A program made the translations under genes and the position numbers. Below the pieces are notes generated by a model. It saw only the letters and a program-made list of their open reading frames with translations. It was not told where the DNA came from and did not search any database. Positions 32,415-41,626 of a DNA stretch of 64,000 nucleotides are shown piece by piece; position 1 is the first letter of the stretch; the number at the start of each line of letters is the position of its first letter. Source of the stretch: Candidatus Adlerbacteria bacterium (lineage in GTDB: Bacteria > Patescibacteriota > Minisyncoccia > Phycocordibacterales > SBAW01); contig CAINNF010000009.1 of the NCBI GenBank assembly GCA_903851045.1, positions 6,525 through 70,524 of the forward strand, read 5' to 3'.

Positions 32415-34370
32415 TTATTGAGCTGCTACGTTACCCATCGCGTCGACGTATCCCTGATCGTTCACGAGCGCAATGTTCGCGGCTGGCGCTAACGACTCGA
32501 CGTTCACCTGCGCGAAACGATCTTGCCCCGCAAGTTTGGCATCGCCCGTGAGCGTGAGCCGCTGCCCCGCCTGCGATGAGCTCGGCATGAGCGACACCTG
32601 GAAGGCGGTCGAAAGTGGCGAACTACTAAAGCCGGTACCCGCCTTGAGGTCCCCTATCGCCCACGTGACCGTGCGACTCGACTGGTCGTAGGTGACCGTG
32701 GCGTCTTTTGCCGCCACGAAGGTCACATACGGCGGCAGTACGGCGGACACGGTCGCGTTGGCTATAGTATTTGAAGAATTGGTAACCGTCCAGACCAACG
32801 TGTACGTAGTGCGCTGCTCTGGGGCTGGCGGCATGGGACCAGCGTTCGTGAATGGTCCGGTGAAATGGAGCGCCGATTCGGTCAACAGTACCGCCGAAGC
32901 TATCGTCGCCTCCATAGAAGCTGCGGACGAGACCGTCTCCGGCACACCGGTCTGCCCTTCGCGCACACCAGAGACGGTTAGGTTGAGGTCGACCGTAGGG
33001 TTCTTGTATACCGTACCGTTCGTCCCAGGTGCGAGCGTATCGAACGAGAACTGCAAGGTCCCGGTACTACCCGGCGCGACGTTCGCCAGACTCGACTCCT
33101 GGTCCTTGTTCCATGTGATGGTGTTATCCGCTGATTGATAGAAACCATCGGACGAGTTCACTGATGTTCTATCGAGCGCGGGACCCGCAAGAGACAGGAC
33201 GACCTGTGCGTTCGAGACGGGTACCGAAAGATTGTTCTGCCAGGTGATGGTACCGTTCACCGTCTTGCCCGACTGTATCGCGACCGACTTACCCTGTTTC
33301 CCATCGAGCACAAGGGTCGCGGTAATGAACGGTTTATGTACCGTCAAGGTCTGCGGAATAATGATGAACGGTATCTTGATACTGGTGTCGGTCTGGTCCG
33401 CATCCGAGCCGGTCGAGAATTTGAAGACTCGTTCATCGCCGTCTTGACCGATGATGGAACCCACGAGGTGCACCTGCTTCGTCTCGCCGGGAGCGAGCGT
33501 GCCGAGTCGCCAGAGGTTGCCGTTCGACTGAGCCTGCGGTGTGGCGTTCGTGAGCGTATAGCCGTACGGGAACTGGCCTTGTAACACCAGATTCTGGATC
33601 GGCGCCTGCGAATTGCTGGTCACCGACACATCCATAGAGAACGATTGGTCCGAGATAGCTTCAGAGGGAGCAGCGATACTCACCGACACCGGAGAGGAGC
33701 CGACCGTAAAGTCCGCTTCTGCCTGCTTTTGGAATATCGCGTTCGAGTTCGCGACCGAATATTGAAGCGTCACCATGACCTTCTGTTGTGCACCCTCCTG
33801 ACCATAGAACACCGCGTTTGCCGTTCGCTTTACTTGTTGGCCAGCGTTCACACTTCCGACGGACTGACGCACGTGTTGGAGCGGTTGGGATTGGTCGACA
33901 GGATTACGCGTGTTGTCTGGATAGTCGATCGAGACATCCACAAGCTGTAAGGCTGATTGATTGCGATTATTGATGATGATCTCGAGCGTCGTCTGCTTAC
34001 CACCATCGATGATCGACGGTGCCAACACTTGTAGGTCGATATTTTGAGGTGAGATGGTGTTGGTGCCGGCATAAAATATATATCCCGCAACACCTACGGC
34101 AACGACAAAAAACACGAACGAGGCAATGAAAAATTTGCTTGCAAACGACATGTGGGGTGGCGGGGGAATCTCGACCGAGGTCGTCTTGGGGATGTCCGGC
34201 TCTATCTTTGCGTCACTCCACGCAACAGGCGGATGCTCGACACCCTCAGGCTCAAGAGTCGAACGGCTTTCAGTATGCAACTCGGGCAGGTGCTTACGTG
34301 AGTAGAGCGAATCCTTCATGCCGTCGATAGAGCCTTTCGCTCTCCCCATCCTATTCCCCCGTAGCGCCAT
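32415..34370 (-). CDS. Membrane-anchored extracellular protein with repeated DUF11/CARDB-like beta-sandwich domains
   Basis: 651 aa, a single N-terminal TM helix, and repeated 'L/VAPGxTxxxxF' motifs. Confidence 0.6.
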   Translation of the reverse strand: MALRGNRMGRAKGSIDGMKDSLYSRKHLPELHTESRSTLEPEGVEHPPVAWSDAKIEPDIPKTTSVEIPPPPHMSFASKFFIASFVFFVVAVGVAGYIFYAGTNTISPQNIDLQVLAPSIIDGGKQTTLEIIINNRNQSALQLVDVSIDYPDNTRNPVDQSQPLQHVRQSVGSVNAGQQVKRTANAVFYGQEGAQQKVMVTLQYSVANSNAIFQKQAEADFTVGSSPVSVSIAAPSEAISDQSFSMDVSVTSNSQAPIQNLVLQGQFPYGYTLTNATPQAQSNGNLWRLGTLAPGETKQVHLVGSIIGQDGDERVFKFSTGSDADQTDTSIKIPFIIIPQTLTVHKPFITATLVLDGKQGKSVAIQSGKTVNGTITWQNNLSVPVSNAQVVLSLAGPALDRTSVNSSDGFYQSADNTITWNKDQESSLANVAPGSTGTLQFSFDTLAPGTNGTVYKNPTVDLNLTVSGVREGQTGVPETVSSAASMEATIASAVLLTESALHFTGPFTNAGPMPPAPEQRTTYTLVWTVTNSSNTIANATVSAVLPPYVTFVAAKDATVTYDQSSRTVTWAIGDLKAGTGFSSSPLSTAFQVSLMPSSSQAGQRLTLTGDAKLAGQDRFAQVNVESLAPAANIALVNDQGYVDAMGNVAAQ

Positions 34371-34411
34371 GGAGAAAGTATACCACTTGTTATCTGTTCA
34401 ACAGGCTTAAT

Positions 34412-36922
34412 TTATTCCTCCCGATACCAAGCGCTCGCAGTTGCATCCCAGCGCACGCGCATACCTGTGTATGCATTGAGCGTCGAACCGTTGGTCCAGC
34501 CGTTCACGGTCGGAGAGAACGTGAGCGAGGTGATAGACCCCGCGTAGTTGGAGAATTGGATTGACTGACCATCCGCAAGTGCGGTTGGGAGTGTCACAGT
34601 AGATGCGCTTACGGTGGTGCCTTGGGTGAATCGTACGAGGGAGGTGTTAGCAGGGACGATGTAGGTGGCACCGAGCGATTGGCGAACACCGCTACCATCT
34701 ATCTGAGCACCAACGGATACGACGGGTATTCCCGAGGTACCGCTCAAGCCGAGCTGCACAGAGCTTGGGCCAATAACAACAGACGACGCGTTATTACCGC
34801 TAGAGAACGACAGTGTCGTCGCATTAGTCCATGTCAGATTTACACTTAGTCCGGTAGCGCCCCACGTCTTCGCCATCATGTCTGGCGACAACGTTACCGG
34901 ATTACTCGGTGCAACACCCGTGACAACAGGTGCACGATAGAGCGTGACGGATGCAACGCTTCCGCCCGATAACGTCAGTAGGTACACGCCCCCATACGCA
35001 TCAGTCGCGTAGTAAGTATTTCCATCTGTCGGCCATGAAGAACCAGCAGATGCGATTGATGAAAACGCACCAACCTCTCCACCTGAACTTATGTTCAAAC
35101 CATTTCCTGTATCAGAGATTGTTCCACGTCCAACCGACACTGCGCCCGTTCCGCTCACAACGAAGCCTTGTGAACGAAACGCTGAGTCCGAGAAGGTCGG
35201 CAGGAGAAGATCTATTCCTCGAAACGCCGATGATGGTGACGAATTGTAGTTATATCCAAGCTCACCTCTTAAGACAGTGCCAGCCGTTGTTGACAAGGGC
35301 CACAGACCACCGCGACCACCAACCTCAAAAATCGACTTCCACGGAGCTGTTGAACCTCCTTGGTCGGAAATTTTTTCAGCGACATCCTCCATTGAACCAG
35401 AAACAGCGTTCGACGAAGTATGTACAATCAGCATGCCTGACGACGAAAGATACGAGGAACCTGTATTCGCCGCAACATCGACCTCGATACCCGATCCGCC
35501 TCCGCCGTTGACATACCCTGACCCAAAACTCAGAAATGGATTAAACGCCGTGGCAGACCCCTTCGCGGTTGACGGTGTAAGACCTGTCCCACCAAATGAA
35601 TTATTCAGAGTGACACTATTCTGGCCACCTTCAATAATCCCACCGTTTGCAACGGCACCCGTCTGAATTAAATTTGTTAGGATTCCAACTCTTCCACCAG
35701 AATATCCCGCCCCACCAAAGTTATGATCGATTTGTATATCAGAAATCATCTGAGGAGCGCTCGCTGTATCGGAGTTAACAGTCCAGTGCGTCCACCCAGC
35801 AATTCCCGCATTAGTGATTGTTCCATTTAAGTTTACATTTGGACTAAAGATAGACGATAGTGCAATATTATTAGTCTGAGGCAGAGTAACATTTCCTGTT
35901 GATAGAGCTCCTGTAACCGTGGTGGTCGCGTTCAACTTTATTGAAGCTGTGCCCTGTGGGCTTATGTTTATATTAGAACCATTCGGGGTCGAAATGGTTG
36001 TATTGCCACCAGCCGCCACAGCTGTCCCAAGACTAATACTGGTGCCAACTGAGAAGGTTCCGAGACTCGTAATACTACCGCCGGTAATAGCGACGGCGTT
36101 TGCCGCTTGTGTCGCAATAGAACCGAGACCAAGGTTCGTGCGTGCCGTCGATGTACTAATAAGATCAGACAAGTTATTTTGCGGAAGTAGGCCTCCCCCT
36201 CCTACCCCACAGTCCGCCCCTGTGCCGGTGACGTTACCGTTAGCGTCTGTATGCAGACACTGCGAAGAACCAAGGATGTTGGAGAGCTTAAGCCCGGGGA
36301 TAGTGGTCGAGCCGGTGAGCGTACCACCCGAGAGTGGCAGGTATGGTAACGCAGGAATGTCAGAGGCTGTGAGCCCTGAGACTCCGTTCACCTGTGCGCC
36401 AGAGATGGTGACACCTTGGAGATTGTTAATCTTCTGTGACGCAGCGATAGCGCCCCAGAGTCCGCCGCCTGCCATGGTAGAGGTGGCGCCGTAGAGTTGT
36501 TGGTGCACCGAGTCGAGTGTCTGCTGTATAGCAGCGTTCACTGCTTGTTGCAGCTGTGCTTGGGTAACAAGTCCTGAGGCGTTGGTGGTTGTTGTGAGCG
36601 TGGCGGGTGTTGGCGCGGTGGTTGATACACCACCAGTGAGTGACTGCATGAGCGCGAGTGTTTGTGTGCCGACCGAGCCAGTGCTCGTGAGACCGTGTGC
36701 GGCTTGAAATGCTCTGACCGCTTTGATAGTGGCAGGGCCGTACGTACCGTTTGGTGTGGTGGTGAGATAGCCTTGGGTGACGAGGAACTGCTGAAGTGCT
36801 AGAACGTCAGCGCCACTACTGCCTTTGGTGAGGGTGTGGGTGATGGTGGATGCGAAGGTGAACGCGGGGGTGGATAGTAAGAAAAGGATAACGGCAAATA
36901 CCAACACTGACTTGTGGTGCAT
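34412..36922 (-). CDS. Large secreted surface protein with an N-terminal PG_binding_1-like module and a Gly/Thr/Ser-rich repetitive body
   Basis: Signal/TM 'VLVFAVILFLLSTPAFTFA', then 'GSSGADVLALQQFLVTQGY...GPATIKAVRAFQAAHGL'. The preferred start is the ATG at 36922 (MHHKS...); the ORF track extends to 37000. Confidence 0.7.
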   Translation of the reverse strand: MHHKSVLVFAVILFLLSTPAFTFASTITHTLTKGSSGADVLALQQFLVTQGYLTTTPNGTYGPATIKAVRAFQAAHGLTSTGSVGTQTLALMQSLTGGVSTTAPTPATLTTTTNASGLVTQAQLQQAVNAAIQQTLDSVHQQLYGATSTMAGGGLWGAIAASQKINNLQGVTISGAQVNGVSGLTASDIPALPYLPLSGGTLTGSTTIPGLKLSNILGSSQCLHTDANGNVTGTGADCGVGGGGLLPQNNLSDLISTSTARTNLGLGSIATQAANAVAITGGSITSLGTFSVGTSISLGTAVAAGGNTTISTPNGSNINISPQGTASIKLNATTTVTGALSTGNVTLPQTNNIALSSIFSPNVNLNGTITNAGIAGWTHWTVNSDTASAPQMISDIQIDHNFGGAGYSGGRVGILTNLIQTGAVANGGIIEGGQNSVTLNNSFGGTGLTPSTAKGSATAFNPFLSFGSGYVNGGGGSGIEVDVAANTGSSYLSSSGMLIVHTSSNAVSGSMEDVAEKISDQGGSTAPWKSIFEVGGRGGLWPLSTTAGTVLRGELGYNYNSSPSSAFRGIDLLLPTFSDSAFRSQGFVVSGTGAVSVGRGTISDTGNGLNISSGGEVGAFSSIASAGSSWPTDGNTYYATDAYGGVYLLTLSGGSVASVTLYRAPVVTGVAPSNPVTLSPDMMAKTWGATGLSVNLTWTNATTLSFSSGNNASSVVIGPSSVQLGLSGTSGIPVVSVGAQIDGSGVRQSLGATYIVPANTSLVRFTQGTTVSASTVTLPTALADGQSIQFSNYAGSITSLTFSPTVNGWTNGSTLNAYTGMRVRWDATASAWYREE

Positions 36923-36983
36923 GGTGGTAGTATGGCACCCCCCCCCGCGAGGGGGCAAGGTGTGTATACACAAGACACGCTTG

Positions 36984-37565
36984 CTACAACCCCGTCGCAT
37001 TGAGCGACTCGTTTATCGTACGAGTCAGCATGCGGCGAGACGCCTGGACTCTCTGTACCATGTCTGGCGCGGTGACCGCATCACATAGGTATGGTGCGAG
37101 TTCCGACGTTTGGGGCAGATACCCTAAGTGCGCGAGCATCCGTAGGACGAGCACATACTCGATACTCTCCGCCTCGATCGGATCCTCGACCTGTATCACC
37201 TGTCCGAACCCTTCCAGGAGCGTCTCGTACAGTTCCGGCACCGCCTCCTCGCCATGTATCAATCGAAGTAATAAACGGAGCATCTTCCCTATTTGCGTAC
37301 GACGTGCGGCGCTCGTCGCCGAAAGCGAACGGGAGATGCCTTCGACCCCGGTCAACTTCCACTCGTGGCGCCCACGCACGAGGGAGAACCGAGCGATCGT
37401 GAGCGGTTCCAGACCGAACCGGAGCTTCGACACCTCCTTGCGAGCCGAACGAGCTGCGACACGCACGAGCCCTAGTTCGCGCGTCAGGATCATCACGAGC
37501 GTGTTCGACTCTCCCACGCTACGCTTCCCTACCACCAACCCTTCGGTGACGTGGATCACATGCAT
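36984..37565 (-). CDS. recO: DNA repair protein RecO
   Basis: OB-fold N-terminus 'GLVVGKRSVGESNTLVMILTRELGLVRVAARSARK...FGLEPLT' and 'YVLVLRMLAHLGYLP'. Directly downstream of ileS. Confidence 0.7.
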   Translation of the reverse strand: MHVIHVTEGLVVGKRSVGESNTLVMILTRELGLVRVAARSARKEVSKLRFGLEPLTIARFSLVRGRHEWKLTGVEGISRSLSATSAARRTQIGKMLRLLLRLIHGEEAVPELYETLLEGFGQVIQVEDPIEAESIEYVLVLRMLAHLGYLPQTSELAPYLCDAVTAPDMVQRVQASRRMLTRTINESLNATGL

Positions 37566-37567
37566 AG

Positions 37568-40500
37568 TTACCGCGTGAGCGTACAGCTCGCAGGGAATGG
37601 GAAGTTCGTTGGCTCGTCGGTCGAGGATGATCCGATGACCAGATCGGAGAGGTTGGTATCGCGCACAAAGGTGTCCTTGAAGCGTGTGAAGAATGTCGCG
37701 CCTTCGCCGTTGGTATCGACACGCAGCACAGGCCGATCGTTGATCGTCAGGTTGGTGTTCTTTCGTAGTTCTTGTATCGAGCGCACGAAGTCACGCACCA
37801 ACCCTTCCTCCTGCAACTCCGGCGTGAGCGTCGTATCGAGCTCGGGTTCTCCAGGAGTTGCCGTATCCAGCTTGATCCCAGGACCTCCTGGCTCTACACC
37901 ACTTTTGAAGACGACTTCCTTCACGTTGATCTCGTCGCGCAGAATATCCAAAAATTCTTGGGGCAGTGGTGGCTTCTCTGTGAAATGCTTGATCGTCAAT
38001 GCGCGTAATGGTTGCCGGATCTTGATCCCCGCCATCTCTCTCTGTTTCAAAGCCATGGTCGCGAAGCTGCGCACATACGACATACGGGTCAACACCTCTT
38101 GATCGATCACGATCTCGGTCGGCCAATCGCACAAGTGTACACTTTGCTGATCGTAGGACTTTTTGACACGCAAGTAGAGGTCTTCGGCATAGAACGGCAT
38201 GACGGGGGCCATCACTTTCGCAACCACCACGAGCACTTCTCGCAAGGTCGCGAGCGCTTCCCCTTTGTCGGTTCCCTCTTCCTTGAAGCGGTCACGTGAC
38301 CGTCGCACGTACCAGGTCGATAGGTCGTCGATAAAGCTCGCGAGTGGTCGTGCCGCCGCATCGAGCTCGTAGCTTTCGAACCCTTTCGTCGCATCCCGCA
38401 CCAACTCTCCGAGTCGAGAGATGATCCAACGGTCGAGCACATGTGTGCCGACGCTCGTCGTATCCGCGGCGTCGGTGGTCGCATACAGCTCATAGAACGA
38501 GCGAACATTGTCCAGGCGCATAAGCAGTTTCTTGGTGACCTCCTCGACGCCGCGCGCCGCGAAGCGCAGATCTTCGCCGCGAATGACGGCGGACGACAAG
38601 AGATAGTAGCGCAGCGAGTCCGCACCGAACCGCTCCACCAACTCCATCGGGTCGGGGTAGTTCTTCAGTTTCTTGCTCATCTTGCGACCATCTTCGGCGA
38701 GCACGAGTCCGTTGGTCACGACCGACTTGTAGGGACTTTTGCCGAACAGCCCGACACCAAGCACGATGAGCGAGTAGAACCAACCACGCGTCTGGTCGAT
38801 GCTCTCGGCGATGAAATCCGCAGGATACCCTTTCGCGAAGAAGCCGAGCGTACCTTTCGGGTTAAAGACGTCGGTCTCCATCGGGTAATGGTGCGACGCG
38901 TACGGCATCGAACCGGATTCGAACCAGCAGTCAAAGACATCCGTAACACGCTTCCATTCACCGTCTAAACCGCCACCCAACTGCACCTCGTCGATGAACG
39001 GGCGGTGCAGGTCGAGCATGAAGTGTTCGTTGTGCGGATACGCCGTGAACATGAGTTCCATCCATCCGGCGGTCGGCAGGAGCTTGCGCCGATGCTCGTC
39101 GTGCAGTTCGTGACGGGGTGTGCGCTGCGCTACCGCCTGCATGAGCCATGCGGGGATCTCGTGCGTGACGATGAGCACCCGCTTGCCGCTATAGCGACGC
39201 TCGATATCGAAGAGAAAATCACCCACGCGGGCGAAGACCTGGTCGTACGTCTCTCCCCCAACGACGGTGCGATTGAAGCGGTCCGAGAGCGTCGCAAACA
39301 CCGCATGCCACTCCGCCTGCGGCGCGTTATTCTTCTCACCGAAGTGGGTCTCGGACAACCGCGTATCCGTCATGATGCTGGATGGCGAAAGACCAAGCTC
39401 TTCGCACACGATGCGCGCGGTCTCTTGGGTGCGCGTCAAAGGCGAGGCGACGATAATATCGACGCCGAGCAGCGCCAGTTCTTTAGCGGTCGCTCGTGCC
39501 TCGGCCCGACCGACGTCGGTCAAGTGGTTCTCTATATCGTTCGTCGAGTTCACGAAGTTCTCCGCATTACTGCGAGCTTCGCCGTGGCGCATCACCAAGT
39601 AACGATTGCCCGACTTGCGCACCATCGAAAGCAGCTCGTCGACGGACCCGATCGCCTTCAACTCCTTGGTCTTGGTGTTCCGCCATACCGGGATAGGCGC
39701 ACCCCAGTAGCGACTGCGCGATATCGCCCAATCCGGCGCGCTTTCGAGCAGGTTGTGGAAGCGCCCACGCCCGACATGCTCGGGCACCCAGCGAACTTTT
39801 TTATTCTCTTCGAGGAGATCTTGTTTGAGGTCCTGGACGTTCACGAACCACGAGGTCGCTGCCCAGTTGAGGAGCGGCGTGTCGCAGCGCCAGCAGTGCG
39901 GGTAGGAGTGCGTGATCTTCTCTTGTTTGAAGAGCAACCTCTTTGCATCCAAATACGCGACTATCTTCGCATCGGTCTCCATGTGGCGACCTTTTGGTTT
40001 GACTGGTAGGTGTTCGAAATCCTTAACCGTCGAGATAAAGCGACCATCATCGGTCACGTGGTGGATGAGCGGGATCTTCTCCTTTTGTGCCAACTCCAAG
40101 TCCTCTGCACCGTACGCGGGTGCCAAGTGGACGATGCCCGTGCCATCCTGCAGTGTCACGTAGTCGGCAGCGTAGACCTTCCACGCGTGCGTCTTATGCT
40201 TGTGCACCAAATCTTTAAAGTATGGGAACGGCGGTTCGTACGACTTCCCTACCAAATCCTTCCCCAAAATTTCGCCCTCGATCTTCACCGCATCACTACC
40301 AAAAACTTTAACCACAAGCTCTTTGGCGACCACCACGAACCCATCATCGGTGCGCACCTTCACATACGTCGCGCCTGCGTTGACCGCGGCGGCAGAGTTG
40401 CCCGGTAGCGTCCATGGGGTCGTCGTCCAGATGAGGAGCGAGGTGCCCGGCTCGTCGACAAGCGGCAACTTCACCGTCACTGCGATGTCGGGGATGTCTT

Positions 40501-41131
40501 GGTACGCCTGCGCCACTTCGAAGTTCGAGAGCGTCGTCCCGCAACGCGGGCACAGATGCATCGCCTTGAACCCCTCATAGATCAAATTCTTGTCATACAA
40601 CGTCTTGAACGACCACCACACCGACTCGGTGTAGGTCGCGTCCATCGTCTTGTAGTCATGCTCCATGTCTGCCCAACGACCCATGCGCGGGATGATGCGA
40701 CGCCACTCGTCCGCATAGCGAAGCACCGCGCCCTGCGCCTTGGCGTTGAACTGCTGGATACCGTACTCCTCGATGTCGCGCTTGGACTTAAATCCTAACT
40801 CCTGCTCGATCTGATTCTCCAGCGGCAAACCGTGGCAGTCCCACCCCCACTGTCGTGGCACGTGGTAGCCCTGCATGGTCCGATAGCGCGGAATAGCGTC
40901 CTTGATAGCGCTCTGGAGCAGGTGGCCGTAGTGCGGCAACCCCGTGGCGAACGGCGGCCCATCATAAAAAACATACTCACCCTTGGGCGCAGGCTTCGCG
41001 AGCGACTTCTCGAAGATATGGTGATTGTCCCAGAACTTCAGAACCTCCTCTTCTCGAGCAGCAAAAGGCGACTTCGCCACATACGGCGGCTTCTCCCGCT
41101 CCTCCCCGCCCTGTTTTAAATCGTCTACCAT
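37568..41131 (-). CDS. ileS: Isoleucyl-tRNA synthetase carrying an internal histidine-phosphatase (PGAM-like) domain insertion
   Basis: 'PFATGLPHYGHLL' (HIGH), 'KMSKKLKN' (KMSKS) and CP1/editing blocks. The start is placed at the ATG at 41131 (MVDDLKQGG...). The extra 95 aa up to 41416 are not IleRS-like. Confidence 0.9.
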   Translation of the reverse strand: MVDDLKQGGEEREKPPYVAKSPFAAREEEVLKFWDNHHIFEKSLAKPAPKGEYVFYDGPPFATGLPHYGHLLQSAIKDAIPRYRTMQGYHVPRQWGWDCHGLPLENQIEQELGFKSKRDIEEYGIQQFNAKAQGAVLRYADEWRRIIPRMGRWADMEHDYKTMDATYTESVWWSFKTLYDKNLIYEGFKAMHLCPRCGTTLSNFEVAQAYQDIPDIAVTVKLPLVDEPGTSLLIWTTTPWTLPGNSAAAVNAGATYVKVRTDDGFVVVAKELVVKVFGSDAVKIEGEILGKDLVGKSYEPPFPYFKDLVHKHKTHAWKVYAADYVTLQDGTGIVHLAPAYGAEDLELAQKEKIPLIHHVTDDGRFISTVKDFEHLPVKPKGRHMETDAKIVAYLDAKRLLFKQEKITHSYPHCWRCDTPLLNWAATSWFVNVQDLKQDLLEENKKVRWVPEHVGRGRFHNLLESAPDWAISRSRYWGAPIPVWRNTKTKELKAIGSVDELLSMVRKSGNRYLVMRHGEARSNAENFVNSTNDIENHLTDVGRAEARATAKELALLGVDIIVASPLTRTQETARIVCEELGLSPSSIMTDTRLSETHFGEKNNAPQAEWHAVFATLSDRFNRTVVGGETYDQVFARVGDFLFDIERRYSGKRVLIVTHEIPAWLMQAVAQRTPRHELHDEHRRKLLPTAGWMELMFTAYPHNEHFMLDLHRPFIDEVQLGGGLDGEWKRVTDVFDCWFESGSMPYASHHYPMETDVFNPKGTLGFFAKGYPADFIAESIDQTRGWFYSLIVLGVGLFGKSPYKSVVTNGLVLAEDGRKMSKKLKNYPDPMELVERFGADSLRYYLLSSAVIRGEDLRFAARGVEEVTKKLLMRLDNVRSFYELYATTDAADTTSVGTHVLDRWIISRLGELVRDATKGFESYELDAAARPLASFIDDLSTWYVRRSRDRFKEEGTDKGEALATLREVLVVVAKVMAPVMPFYAEDLYLRVKKSYDQQSVHLCDWPTEIVIDQEVLTRMSYVRSFATMALKQREMAGIKIRQPLRALTIKHFTEKPPLPQEFLDILRDEINVKEVVFKSGVEPGGPGIKLDTATPGEPELDTTLTPELQEEGLVRDFVRSIQELRKNTNLTINDRPVLRVDTNGEGATFFTRFKDTFVRDTNLSDLVIGSSSTDEPTNFPFPASCTLTR

Positions 41132-41260
41132 AATAAAAAGACTATACCACAAAAGGGTTTTCAGAATAGGTCGACCATCCCGCCACACCACCCTACGGCG
41201 GGATTGACAAATGGTATTATATTGGTGTATAATATATCCAGACTGGCAATCCGGCCAGAA

Positions 41261-41551
41261 ATGGAGGTTCTCGTGGAAATCAACTACGCTCTCGGTTTGG
41301 TGACGGTTTTTGTAACCATCGCGGCGCTGCTCCCCGTTCTTTGGCGGGTACTGCCGGGAACCTGGCGGTTCGTGAGTCCCATTGTTTGCGTTGCGGTCAT
41401 CTGCTACGCCTTCCATCTGGGCTGGCCGCTGATCTGGTATTGGCAGCCGGTCGACGGGAGCGTGGGTGATTCATCCATAATCGCCATTCTCGCCTACGTG
41501 CTTGCGATGTTAATGGGCGCGCGGATGGCGGCGGAGTGCCCTTTTTTTTAA
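41261..41551 (+). CDS. Small membrane protein, hypothetical
   Basis: Two or three TM helices, a GGAGG near the start, and a terminator downstream. Confidence 0.4.
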   Translation: MEVLVEINYALGLVTVFVTIAALLPVLWRVLPGTWRFVSPIVCVAVICYAFHLGWPLIWYWQPVDGSVGDSSIIAILAYVLAMLMGARMAAECPFF

Positions 41552-41575
41552 ACCGCTGATAAAGCCAAATGAAAA

Positions 41576-41611
41576 GGAGGGCGACGGGCTGCGACACTTG
41601 TGTCGCAGCCC
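41576..41611. terminator. Intrinsic terminator, probably used by both the small plus-strand gene and argS
   Basis: gggctgcgacac-ttg-tgtcgcagccc plus a T-tract. Confidence 0.6.
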
Positions 41612-41626
41612 TTTCACTTTTACACT

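Noticed and set aside
41132-41416. The N-terminal 95 codons of the ORF-track ileS model (start at 41416)
   Set aside because: The sequence MEGVADDRNANNG...LFI has no similarity to IleRS N-termini. The conserved IleRS N-terminal block begins right after the internal ATG at 41131 (MVDDLKQGG...PYVAKSPF...). The extension would also overlap the divergent small membrane gene.
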